DNA of 32,000 nucleotides from Candidatus Kuenenia stuttgartensis (GCF_900232105.1 NZ_LT934425.1:3660001-3692000), one strand, 5' to 3'. Shown: positions 9,967 through 18,665, counted from the first letter of the stretch. Numbers and translations: made by a program. The notes: generated by a model from the letters alone, not told the origin.

Positions 9967-10042
9967 TATGGGGGATAGGGGGACACACTTCCCATATTTT
10001 GTTTGATCTGGTAGGAGAATAAGGGACGTGTTCCCATATTTC
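9967..10042. repeat. REP-like hairpin repeat, copy C
   Basis: GGGGGACACACTTCCCATATTTTGTTTGATCTGGTAGGAGAATAAGGGACGTGTTCCC. Confidence 0.75.
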
Positions 10043-10337
10043 CCCTTAATAAAGGTTAGGTTGATGTGTATGGAGAGATTCCTTCCCGTTCACTCCTCAG
10101 AATAACCAAAAAAAAGCTTGCATTCTTCTTTATTTTTGTAGTATCTTCCTTTTTAAAGCAAAAGCAATTTCCTATCATCTTGATTTCGCCAAGGGGAGAA
10201 GACAATACAGGAAGCTCTCTTCGTAACAACAAGTTCGAACATGACCATCAAATGTCCACCAGACAAGTCGGAAATGGACCGCAAGCCGAAACTCATGAAC
10301 CGTCTTCGTGAAGCCCTTTCAGCAACAGCACAGCAAC

Positions 10338-11255
10338 TATCGCTGCACAAAGAGATAACCTTTAAAGGGGTGACATTTTTATCCTTAAATACCTATTTTT
10401 AGTACAGAAAAGAGTTGTTTAAGTAATTTTTGTTATGGCACGTGCAAATAGACATTATATCCCAAATTATGTTTGGCATATTACTCATAGATGCCATAAA
10501 AAAGAATTTCTTTTGAAATTTCTGAAAGATCGTAAGCGTTGGATGTACTGGCTGTTTGAAGCTAAAAAGAGATTTGGATTAAGGATATTAAACTATACTG
10601 TCACATCAAATCATATTCATCTATTGGTTATTGACAATGGTCGTGAGGTTATTCCGAAGAGTATCCAATTGGTAGCGGGGAGAACTGCACAGGAGTATAA
10701 TCAAAGAAAAAAGCGTAAGGGTGCATTTTGGGAAGACAGATATCACGCAACGGCAATAGAAACTGACATACATTTGATAAGATGTATGATGTATATTGAT
10801 TTGAATATGGTCAGGGCTGGTGTTGTAAAGCATCCGTGTGAATGGGCAATGAGTGGATATGATGAGATACAAAACCCACCGGATAGATACGCCTTAATAG
10901 ACATAAAAGGCTTGATTGAATTATGTGGGTTATCCAACAAGGAACAACTGAGGCATGAATATAAACAATGGGTAGAAGCTGCCATTAATGATAATGGCCT
11001 CAGGAGAGAGTCCTGTTGGACAGCAAGTATCGCAGTAGGGAGTAGGCGATTTGTAGAAGATACGAAGGTTAAGTTAGGTTTAAAAGCACATGGACGCAAG
11101 GTAGAGGAGGGTAACGATAAGTTTGTACTTAAAGAACCGATTGTTCCTTACAAGGCTCATTTAAGTGCCAAAAAAGATCTTCTAAGGCATGAAAACATGT
11201 ATTGTTGGGGGGGGAAACATAGTCAACGCAACAGGTTAGCTTGGTCCGACCCGAT
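10338..11255 (+). mobile_element. RAYT transposase-containing repeat, copy 1
   Basis: About 918 bp, near-identical to 17749-18665, starting TATCGCTGCACAAAGAGATAACC and ending TTGGTCCGACCCGAT. Confidence 0.8.
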
Positions 11256-11316
11256 TTACCAACCCCAAAGAGGGAGTTCAATCTCTCATCAGAAAAGTAG
11301 GGGACATTATACGTAA
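10435..11316 (+). CDS. REP-associated tyrosine transposase (Y1/HUH, IS200-like), copy 1; C-terminus extended by read-through
   Basis: MARANRHYIPNYVWHITHRCHKKEFLLKF...TVTSNHIHLLV...KRKGAFWEDRYHATAIE. Past position 11216 it differs from copy 2, which stops after CWG. Confidence 0.85.
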   Translation: MARANRHYIPNYVWHITHRCHKKEFLLKFLKDRKRWMYWLFEAKKRFGLRILNYTVTSNHIHLLVIDNGREVIPKSIQLVAGRTAQEYNQRKKRKGAFWEDRYHATAIETDIHLIRCMMYIDLNMVRAGVVKHPCEWAMSGYDEIQNPPDRYALIDIKGLIELCGLSNKEQLRHEYKQWVEAAINDNGLRRESCWTASIAVGSRRFVEDTKVKLGLKAHGRKVEEGNDKFVLKEPIVPYKAHLSAKKDLLRHENMYCWGGKHSQRNRLAWSDPIYQPQRGSSISHQKSRGHYT

Positions 11317-11752
11317 ACATGTGAGTGCTCCTATTGAAGCCTTGTTTGAAAAGCTCAACTCTGTTCTACGAGGTTGGGCTAATTATCACAGGCATGTTGT
11401 CTCATCGGAAGCATTCAGCCGTGTTGACACCTATATCTTTGAACAACTATGGCGTATGGTAAGAAGAAGGCATCAGAACAAGACCAAAGGCTGGCTAATA
11501 AAAAAGTACTGGTCAGCCGCAGGAAAACATGTCTTTTCAATCTTACACAAGTAAAAAGAGAAGACTCGAATTTTAAAAATAATTCGGGTAAGCTCTATAG
11601 GGATAAAAAGGCATATAAAGATTAAAGCAGAAGCAACTCCTTACCTTTCTGAATACAGTAATTATTTCTGGAGAAGGAGAAACAGTAAGGAATCACGTCT
11701 GCTTGGTGCGCTATCACATCGCCAATATCAGGCAATGATAGCATCGAGGTAA
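11256..11752 (+). pseudogene. Group II intron maturase C-terminal remnant, frameshifted
   Basis: TNPKEGVQSLIRKVGDIIRKHVSAPIEALFEKLNSVLRGWANYHRHVVSSEAFSRVDTYIFEQLWRMVRRRHQNKTKGWLIKKYW, then in another frame KIIRVSSIGIKRHIKIKAEATPYLSEYSNYFWRRRN. The reverse transcriptase N-terminus is absent. Confidence 0.8.
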
Positions 11753-11794
11753 AACAGTCGGGTTGTCCCACAAGGGCAGCTTATTGAAATGCTT

Positions 11795-11828
11795 GAGCTG
11801 TATGATGGGAAACTATCACGTACAGTTC
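11795..11828 (+). ncRNA. Group II intron domain V (remnant 3' end)
   Basis: 34 nt GAGCTGTATGATGGGAAACTATCACGTACAGTTC: GAGCUGUA pairs with UACAGUUC, GAAA tetraloop. Followed by a domain VI-like CGGGCAGCAATGCCCGTGACC hairpin to about 11866. Confidence 0.85.
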
Positions 11829-11923
11829 TTAGGAGGGAATCGGGCAGCAATGCCCGTGACCTATCCGGTGCGGCCAATTAAATTACGGCATAAATCAAAT
11901 CCAATAATCATAAGGATAAGAAT

Positions 11924-14017
11924 ATGAAGGCAAGCGAAACAAAGGTAGAAGACTTTTTATCATCAAACAAGACACAATTCATAATCCCTGTTTATCAAAG
12001 GAATTATGACTGGTCTATCAGTCAATGCAAACTGCTACTCGATGACATTCTCGAAGTTGGTACAAACAAGAAGATGAACGCCCATTTTATCGGCAGTATC
12101 GTTTATGTTCACGATGACGTATACACGGCATCAAGAATCAAGGAACTTACCGTCATTGATGGTCAGCAACGAGTTACAACCTTGACCCTGATTTATTTGG
12201 TATTACATCGTCTTGCACAGGAACTCAAAGAAGAAAAGCTTGTTAATGAAATCAGTGAAACGTATTTAATAAACAAGTTTGCTCCTGAAGAAGAAAAGCT
12301 GAAACTCCGGCCAACAGACAATAACGATAAAGCACTGAAATACCTTTTGCGCGGCGATGCAAATGAAGAATACTCTGATTTTTCAAAACTCATTGATAAC
12401 TTCAATTATTTCAAAGGCAGAATTACAGAAGATAACTATCAGATAGTATTGACTGGTTTATCAAAATTAATGTTCGTCGAAATTTCGCTTGACCGAGAAA
12501 GAGACGAGCCGCAGCGAATATTTGAGAGCCTTAATTCAACTGGCCTGGAACTTTCACAAGCTGACCTGATTCGCAACTATATTTTGATGGGTCTCAAACG
12601 AAGAGAGCAGAATAAGATTTATCAGAATTATTGGGAAGTAATTGAAAAACTTGCCAAGGATGAAATTCTTAATGTCAGCCGCGTTTCTGATTTCATCCGC
12701 GATTATTTAACAGTCGAAAATAATAATATTCCGAACAAAGGCAGAGTATATTTTGAATTCAAATCAAAGTATCCTACATCTACCCTTGAAGAATTGGAAT
12801 CAAACTTATCAGGAATTAAATCATTAGGAAAGCACTATAACAAGCTGATTAATCCGAAAAATGAACCGGATAAAGAAATAAGATTGCAACTCGAATATAT
12901 TAACCGCCTTGAAATTAATGTTGCCTATCCCTTTTTGATGAAGGTATATGATGATTACAGCAACTCCATAATTGACAAAGCAACATTCTTAAAGGTTTTA
13001 GATACAATCCAATCATTCACTTGGCGTCGTTTTATTGTTGGTCTCCCAACAAATGCTTTGAATAAAATATTTATGAATCTTTACGACAAGGTTGAGCGAG
13101 AGAATTATTTATATTCAATTCAAAAAGCTTTATTACAGCGGGCAGGAGTTCAAAGATATCCTAAAAATGAAGAGACCATAGATGCATTAAAAGTAAAAGA
13201 TGTTTACAACATAAAGGCTAAGAACAGAATATATTTACTTGAGCGGCTTGAAAATTATGACAACCGTGAACACGTCGCAATTGATGGAAATCCAGATATT
13301 ACAATTGAACATATCTTTCCGCAGAATCCTGATACCAAATGGAAAATTGAATTAGGTAATGATGAATATTCTTTCATTAAGGAAAATTATTTAAATACAA
13401 TCGGCAACCTTACCCTTTCCGGCAACAATGGAAAACTTGGCAATAAGCCATTCCTCGAAAAAAGAGATAAAGAAAACGATGGTTACAAAGATAGCAGGCT
13501 GTGGCTAAACAAATATCTGTCAGTCGCAGAGAAGTGGGACAGGGCGGAAATTGAAAGACGTTTTGGCATAATTGCAGAGAGATTCTTGAAAATATGGGAG
13601 CTTCCAACCATAGCTTTTGCTGAGGATAATGGCAATAATGAAGTTAATATATTTGAGGCAGAGGACCCAAAATTCAAGAAATTGGAGTATGCCATATTTC
13701 TGGATCAAAAACTTGAAATCAGGGCGGTGTCTCAGCTTTACGTTGAAGTATTCAAACAACTCTTTGAATTACAACCTGAAACATTCTTTACATCAGACAT
13801 AGGGCTGCGCATCGGCTTAACTAAAAATCCAGTCGAAGGAAGCCCCAGACAACCAATTGCCATTAACGACACGTATTTTATTGAAAGCAACTTAGACAAT
13901 ATAGGTAAGTTTGACAGGATTAAGCAGGCACTGACCTTGCTCAATCTTGAGGATGAATTAACAATTAAATATGCAAATGAAAACGCCGAACAAAAAAATC
14001 AACCCGACGCAGAATAG
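11924..14017 (+). CDS. GmrSD-like protein (DUF262 N-terminus, DUF1524 HNH-like C-terminus)
   Basis: FIIPVYQRNYDWSISQCKLLLDDI and ELTVIDGQQRVTTLTLIYLV (DUF262); ITIEHIFPQNPDTKW...YLNTIGNLTLSGNNGKLGNKPF (DUF1524). Confidence 0.9.
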   Translation: MKASETKVEDFLSSNKTQFIIPVYQRNYDWSISQCKLLLDDILEVGTNKKMNAHFIGSIVYVHDDVYTASRIKELTVIDGQQRVTTLTLIYLVLHRLAQELKEEKLVNEISETYLINKFAPEEEKLKLRPTDNNDKALKYLLRGDANEEYSDFSKLIDNFNYFKGRITEDNYQIVLTGLSKLMFVEISLDRERDEPQRIFESLNSTGLELSQADLIRNYILMGLKRREQNKIYQNYWEVIEKLAKDEILNVSRVSDFIRDYLTVENNNIPNKGRVYFEFKSKYPTSTLEELESNLSGIKSLGKHYNKLINPKNEPDKEIRLQLEYINRLEINVAYPFLMKVYDDYSNSIIDKATFLKVLDTIQSFTWRRFIVGLPTNALNKIFMNLYDKVERENYLYSIQKALLQRAGVQRYPKNEETIDALKVKDVYNIKAKNRIYLLERLENYDNREHVAIDGNPDITIEHIFPQNPDTKWKIELGNDEYSFIKENYLNTIGNLTLSGNNGKLGNKPFLEKRDKENDGYKDSRLWLNKYLSVAEKWDRAEIERRFGIIAERFLKIWELPTIAFAEDNGNNEVNIFEAEDPKFKKLEYAIFLDQKLEIRAVSQLYVEVFKQLFELQPETFFTSDIGLRIGLTKNPVEGSPRQPIAINDTYFIESNLDNIGKFDRIKQALTLLNLEDELTIKYANENAEQKNQPDAE

Positions 14018-14072
14018 CGTCGGCGGTTTTTCCCGAAGTGGTTGCCTGCGCGGGTTATTTAAGTCGTTCTGC
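13985..14072 (+). other. attC-like integron recombination site
   Basis: GCCGAAC-AAAAAAATC-AACCCG-A-CGC ... GCG-CGGGTT-ATTTAAGTC-GTTCTGC. Stem with extrahelical base; R' is atypical (GTTCTGC). Contains the stop codon of the upstream gene. Confidence 0.7.
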
Positions 14073-14084
14073 TGATAAATAAAA

Positions 14085-14621
14085 ATGTCTCCATACACTA
14101 CATTTGATGATATCCGTTCGATTAATGAAAAAATTGATCGAAACGTAATTATTAAAGAAGCTTATAGCCGTCAGTATCCTAGTGTGTTTCTTTCACATTC
14201 TTCCGCTGATCATGAATCTTTGCCTGCTGTAATAAAAATACTCGAGAACCATGGTGGAAGAGTCTATATAGATGATGGTGATCCCAGGTTATCAGGAAAG
14301 GTAAACCCTAATACAGCCGAAGTCCTGCGTGAAACAATTGGTAAGTGTAGCAAATTGGTCGTATTAGTAACAACAAACACGAAAGACAGCCGCTGGGTGC
14401 CTTGGGAATTGGGTCTTGGAGATGGGAAAAAATTTCAAAGTAGCATAGCCATTTTCCCAGTCGTAAAGGATTCGTTGACAGAAAGCTGGCATGAGCAGGA
14501 ATATCTTGGATTATATAAAAGAATAGTGTGGTCAAAATTTAAAGGTAAAGATAAGAGTGAATGGATGGTTTGGGACCATAACGATAACACAGCCACTGGC
14601 TTGGGAGAATGGCTCCGTTAG
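14085..14621 (+). CDS. TIR-domain protein (cluster gene A)
   Basis: YPSVFLSHSSADHESLPAVIKILENHGGRVYIDDGDP ... CSKLVVLVTTNTKDSRWVPWELGLGDG. Confidence 0.85.
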   Translation: MSPYTTFDDIRSINEKIDRNVIIKEAYSRQYPSVFLSHSSADHESLPAVIKILENHGGRVYIDDGDPRLSGKVNPNTAEVLRETIGKCSKLVVLVTTNTKDSRWVPWELGLGDGKKFQSSIAIFPVVKDSLTESWHEQEYLGLYKRIVWSKFKGKDKSEWMVWDHNDNTATGLGEWLR

Positions 14622-14636
14622 GGAAAGGTTCGCTAA

Positions 14637-15215
14637 ATGCAAAATTACGGCATATTATCTGGTCTACGCATCCCACCTAAGCATAAGGTTTTTATAAGTT
14701 ATCACCATGCCAATGATCAATGGGATAGGGATCGATTCGAAAATTTATTTAGTAATTATTATAGCGTTTTTATTTCAAAATCTGTCCAAATAGGTGAAAT
14801 TAGCGCATTCCTAAAAACAGATACCATTCGACAAAAAATCCGGGATGAATACCTCAGAGACAGCACGGTTACAGTAGTACTCATTGGTAAAGAAACATGG
14901 AAAAGAAAGAATGTTGACTGGGAAATTGGTGCGAGTCTAAGGCACACAATTTTAAATTCAAGATCTGGATTACTGGGAATTTTTTTGCCAGATCATCCTG
15001 ATTTTGGTCGGGATAAATATATACCTTACATAACCCCTCCTCGCCTTCATTATTGCGCCAAATGCGGTTATGCTACACTTCATGATTGGTCTGATGACCC
15101 AGCGATAGTTTCACAATGGATAGAAGGAGCGTTTAACCGCCGTTTTAAGGTTGATCCAGATAATTCATTTCCCTCTTTCATTAATAACAAATCGGGAGAA
15201 AGGTGGTCAGAATGA
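14637..15215 (+). CDS. ThsB-like / DUF1863-type TIR-like protein (cluster gene B)
   Basis: HKVFISYHHANDQWDRDRFENLF ... DTIRQKIRDEYLRDSTVTVVLIGKETWKRKNVDWEIGASLRH. Confidence 0.8.
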   Translation: MQNYGILSGLRIPPKHKVFISYHHANDQWDRDRFENLFSNYYSVFISKSVQIGEISAFLKTDTIRQKIRDEYLRDSTVTVVLIGKETWKRKNVDWEIGASLRHTILNSRSGLLGIFLPDHPDFGRDKYIPYITPPRLHYCAKCGYATLHDWSDDPAIVSQWIEGAFNRRFKVDPDNSFPSFINNKSGERWSE

Positions 15216-15685
15216 AATGGAAAGAATGGCTTGAAAATTGGAGTATGACAACCCTTAAAATAAATCCACCTTTTCTGGAAATGGAGTGGAAGCCTAAAGA
15301 TGAGGACAAAGATGCAGCTTGGGAGCTATATATTGAGCTTCTAACACGCATTACCACACAACCACTCCCCAAAGAACATGGCGATGAATCTACAGCACTT
15401 GATTCTATTCATTCCATATTCAACCTTACCAGAGAAGTTATCAAAAGGCGTGGTCGTCTCTGTATTGAATTTACTAAAATTGCGATTGTGATTCTTAACC
15501 AAAAAATTAGACCATTCACTGCAAAATGGCACAAACTGATGATAGACAAAGCTTTTGAGAATCCTACGAAATGCGCGGAGTTTAGGAAAGAACTAGAGGA
15601 GCTTCAAAAAATTTTACTAATATACACGAAAATGCTTGCAGATATGTCAGGGGTAGAGGATTTGACAGAACTTGAGAAACAATAA
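15212..15685 (+). CDS. Uncharacterised probably helical protein (cluster gene C)
   Basis: MKWKEWLENWSMTTLKINPPFLEMEWKPKDEDKDAAWELYIELLTRITTQPLPKEHGDESTALDSIHSIF. ATGA overlap with gene B suggests translational coupling. Confidence 0.8.
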   Translation: MKWKEWLENWSMTTLKINPPFLEMEWKPKDEDKDAAWELYIELLTRITTQPLPKEHGDESTALDSIHSIFNLTREVIKRRGRLCIEFTKIAIVILNQKIRPFTAKWHKLMIDKAFENPTKCAEFRKELEELQKILLIYTKMLADMSGVEDLTELEKQ

Positions 15686-15697
15686 ATAAAACCCAAA

Positions 15698-16132
15698 ATG
15701 TCCAGTAATCAAAATAATTCAAGGTTTGTTTTTATTAGTCACAGTAGCCTCGATACTTGGATAGCGAAACAGATAGCTAAGGAGGTCGAACTATGTGGTG
15801 CAATTCCATTCTTAGATGAAGCAAATGTGAATATTGGAGACGAGTTTGAAGATAAAATATTGGAATTTTTGGATAAATCGCACTATTTGATAGTTTTATT
15901 TACCCCTTGGGCCTTAGAACGACCTTATGTATGGGCAGAGATAGGTGCTGCATGGAGCAATCGAATCCCAATAATAGTTGTTTTACATGGTATCACTTCA
16001 TCTGAACTTCAAAAACGCCCTGGAATCCCTGTATTTATTAAAAAACGAGACATAATTGAACTGAACGAAATCGATAAATTCTTTTTGCAATTAAAAAACA
16101 AAATACAAGAGTTTCAATCTGGTGTGCAATGA
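15698..16132 (+). CDS. TIR-domain protein (cluster gene D)
   Basis: RFVFISHSSLDTWIAKQIAKEVELCGAIPFLDEANVNIGDEFEDKILEFLDKSHYLIVLFTPWALERPYVWAEIGAAW. Confidence 0.85.
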   Translation: MSSNQNNSRFVFISHSSLDTWIAKQIAKEVELCGAIPFLDEANVNIGDEFEDKILEFLDKSHYLIVLFTPWALERPYVWAEIGAAWSNRIPIIVVLHGITSSELQKRPGIPVFIKKRDIIELNEIDKFFLQLKNKIQEFQSGVQ

Positions 16133-16545
16133 ATAAAAAAGTATTTATATCCTATTCAAGGGAAGATACCTCCGAAATAAGAGCTTTAGTTGACAATTTG
16201 AGTCAAATTAACCTTGATATTTGGTCAGATCAAAATATTTCTGCAGGTGATAACTGGGCTAACTTAATTGAAGAGAATCTTAGAAAAAGTGAAATTGTAC
16301 TTTTGTTCATATCTCCACGAGCACTGGCAAGTGAGTGGGTGATGATGGAGTTTGGTGCTGCTGTCGCTTTAAAGAAAAAAATCATTCCTGTGGTTCTTAA
16401 AGATACTCATATTCCCTCCTTCTTGTCAGAGCATAAATATATCAGGGCGAATAGTATTAATGAAGCTGCTGAAAAAATCAAAGAAACATTATGCAAAATA
16501 GCAGAACAAGACGCTTCAGCGGACGAGAAAAAGTCGCGCCGCTGA
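16129..16545 (+). CDS. TIR-domain protein (cluster gene E)
   Basis: KKVFISYSREDTSEIRALVDNLSQINLDIWSDQNISAGDNWANLIEENLRKSEIVLLFISPRALASEWVMMEFGAAV; ATGA overlap with gene D. Confidence 0.9.
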   Translation: MNKKVFISYSREDTSEIRALVDNLSQINLDIWSDQNISAGDNWANLIEENLRKSEIVLLFISPRALASEWVMMEFGAAVALKKKIIPVVLKDTHIPSFLSEHKYIRANSINEAAEKIKETLCKIAEQDASADEKKSRR

Positions 16546-16559
16546 GCTTTTTGTTAGGT
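16501..16559 (+). other. attC-like integron recombination site
   Basis: GCAGAAC-AAGACGCT-TCAGCGGACGA-GAAAAAG-TCGCGCCGCTGA-GCTTTTT-GTTAGGT. R'' GCAGAAC is the exact complement of GTTCTGC at 14066-14072. Confidence 0.85.
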
Positions 16560-16572
16560 ATATATAGTAAAC

Positions 16573-17529
16573 ATGGATAAATCAATTAGAAAAAATGAGA
16601 TATGCGTTGTTGGATTACCACGCTGTGACTTCGTGTTTTCTTCAACTCGTAGTTGTTTCATAGCGTATGGCTTTGATACTAGTACACTGGAAATGAATAT
16701 CCTAAAAAGCCTACTAGAAGAGCGCGGCCTCATTGCTGAAGAAGCAGGTGGTACACTTGCTCCTGGTCAAAGTGCATTTTGCGCAAAAATTTGCTCGAAA
16801 ATTATTACATCTCAATTCTGTGTAGTTTTATTAAATCATGACTTAAGAAATGGCGTTGAGACTCCAAATGCAAACGTAAATATGGAATATGGGCTAATGC
16901 TAGGATTTAATAAATATGTAATCCCTTTTCAACGTGAGGGCCAGCATCTTCCCTTTAATGTCGCTGGCCTAGATACCGTAAAATACACAAATCAAAACTT
17001 TCGAGATAAAGCGATTATTGCATTAGAACAGGCAATCTCTGAAACGACACAGGAGTCAGTGCCACGGGACAATTCTGATCAAATAATCCAATTGTTTTTA
17101 ATGGAGAGAGGATTACTAGTTTCTGCGATAGATAGCGAAGGCGATAGAAACTTGTATCGCTTGGGTGATTCACTTGGATTTAACCTGCTCAATACATTCT
17201 CAGGTAACGAGTACGTATACTTTGGCAGATTTACTTCTCTTAGGCCAGAATCTGTCGTATGGCGATTAAGAAAACTTAATTCAGTAGTATCAGGCCGACG
17301 CAGCTCACTTCCTGGTAGAGTCGCGCAGGGTCTTATTACACAAGAACTACTACCTTTTGTAGATCGATTGTTCGAGACAATGAGTATTATGGTCATAGTA
17401 ACAAGTGATGCTGATAAAACAGTAATTACTGAACAACTACAAAGACAACCACTTGATTACTCTGTGGAGCTACTTACCGTCACGGAAATATTTAATGAGG
17501 TTAAAAGTGCAATACCAACTAATGCCTAA
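16573..17529 (+). CDS. TIR-like/nucleotide-hydrolase-like N-terminus plus uncharacterised C-terminus (cluster gene F)
   Basis: ICVVGLPRCDFVFSSTRSCFIAYGFDTSTLEMNILKSLLEERG...SKIITSQFCVVLLNHD...PNANVNMEYGLMLGFNKYVIPFQREGQHLPFNVAGLD, consistent with a TIR-like or nucleoside deoxyribosyltransferase-like fold. Confidence 0.65.
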   Translation: MDKSIRKNEICVVGLPRCDFVFSSTRSCFIAYGFDTSTLEMNILKSLLEERGLIAEEAGGTLAPGQSAFCAKICSKIITSQFCVVLLNHDLRNGVETPNANVNMEYGLMLGFNKYVIPFQREGQHLPFNVAGLDTVKYTNQNFRDKAIIALEQAISETTQESVPRDNSDQIIQLFLMERGLLVSAIDSEGDRNLYRLGDSLGFNLLNTFSGNEYVYFGRFTSLRPESVVWRLRKLNSVVSGRRSSLPGRVAQGLITQELLPFVDRLFETMSIMVIVTSDADKTVITEQLQRQPLDYSVELLTVTEIFNEVKSAIPTNA

Positions 17530-17583
17530 CAAGGCACTCCAGCCGACGCTAAAAAGCAGCGCGGCTGAGTTTGATCGTTAGTA
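17524..17583 (+). other. attC-like integron recombination site
   Basis: GCCTAAC-AAGGCACTC-CAGCCG-A-CGC-TAAAAAGCA-GCG-CGGCTG-AGTTTGATC-GTTAGTA; textbook 60-bp attC layout. Contains the stop codon of gene F. Confidence 0.92.
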
Positions 17584-17618
17584 TCAGTAACTATCAATAA
17601 AGTACCAGGAGATTAAAG

Positions 17619-17813
17619 ATGTTAAATACATTGTGGGGTGTTGTCAAAAAAGAAAAAATTGAGCTTCTGGAAAAGGCAAATATCCCTGAAGGGACAAGGG
17701 TTTTGGTAACTGTGTTGGAGATGGCAACGGGGTCGGACCATGATAAGTTATCGCTGCACAAAGAGATAACCTTTAAAGGGGTGACATTTTTATCCTTAAA
17801 TACCTATTTTTAG
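17619..17813 (+). pseudogene. Antitoxin-like ORF, truncated near RAYT copy 2
   Basis: MLNTLWGVVKKEKIELLEKANIPEGTRVLVTVL matches the ORF at 19508, then diverges after 17717 and runs into the RAYT repeat. Confidence 0.75.
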
Positions 17814-18665
17814 TACAGAAAAGAGTTGTTTAAGTAATTTTTGTTATGGCACGTGCAAATAGACATTATATCCCAAATTATGTTTGGCATATTACTCATA
17901 GATGCCATAAGAAAGAATTTCTTTTGAAATTTCTGAAAGATCGTAAGCGTTGGGTGTACTGGCTGTTTGTAGCTAAAAAGAGATTTGGATTAAGGATATT
18001 AAACTATACTGTCACATCAAATCATATTCATCTATTGGTTATTGACAATGGTCGTGAGGTTATTCCGAAGAGTATCCAATTGGTAGCGGGGAGAACTGCA
18101 CAGGAGTATAATCAAGGAAAAAAGCGTAAGGGTGCATTTTGGGAAGACAGATATCACGCAACGGCAATAGAAACTGACATACATTTGATAAGATATATGA
18201 TGTATATTGATTTGAATATGGTCAGGGCTGGTGTTGTAAAGCATCCGTGTGAATGGGCAATGAGTGGATATGATGAGATACAAAACCCACCGGATAGATA
18301 CGCCTTAATAGACATAAAAGGCTTGATTGAATTATGTGGGTTATCCAACAAGGAACAACTGAGGCATGAATATAAACAATGGGTAGAAGCTGCCATTAAT
18401 GATAATGGCCTCAGGAGAGAGTTCTGTTGGACAGCAAGTATCGCAGTAGGGAGTAGGCGATTTGTAGAAGATACGAAGGTTAAGTTATGTTTAAAAGCAC
18501 ATGGACGCAAGGTAGAGGAGGGTAACGATAAGTTTGTACTTAAAGAACCGATTGTTCCTTACAATGCTCATTTAAGTGCCAAAAAAGATCTTCTAAGGCA
18601 TGAAAATATGTATTGTTGGGGGTGAAACATAGTCAACGCAACAGGTTAGCTTGGTCCGACCCGAT
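17749..18665 (+). mobile_element. RAYT transposase-containing repeat, copy 2
   Basis: Near-identical to 10338-11255. Confidence 0.8.
17846..18625 (+). CDS. REP-associated tyrosine transposase, copy 2
   Basis: Same protein as copy 1 with few substitutions; stops at CWG*. Confidence 0.85.
   Translation: MARANRHYIPNYVWHITHRCHKKEFLLKFLKDRKRWVYWLFVAKKRFGLRILNYTVTSNHIHLLVIDNGREVIPKSIQLVAGRTAQEYNQGKKRKGAFWEDRYHATAIETDIHLIRYMMYIDLNMVRAGVVKHPCEWAMSGYDEIQNPPDRYALIDIKGLIELCGLSNKEQLRHEYKQWVEAAINDNGLRREFCWTASIAVGSRRFVEDTKVKLCLKAHGRKVEEGNDKFVLKEPIVPYNAHLSAKKDLLRHENMYCWG

Noticed and set aside
10743-11099. 118-aa minus-strand ORF, repeated at 18154-18510
   Set aside because: It is the antisense shadow of the duplicated RAYT gene; conservation is explained by the transposase copies.
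11868-11874. GTGCGGC as the start of the GmrSD cassette
   Set aside because: Differs from the expected GTTCGGC at a critical GTT base; mentioned only as a hint, not called as a boundary.
14637-15215. Calling the TIR cluster a canonical Thoeris system because gene B resembles ThsB
   Set aside because: No ThsA-like SIR2/SLOG or other known Thoeris effector gene is visible in the window, so the assignment is unsupported.
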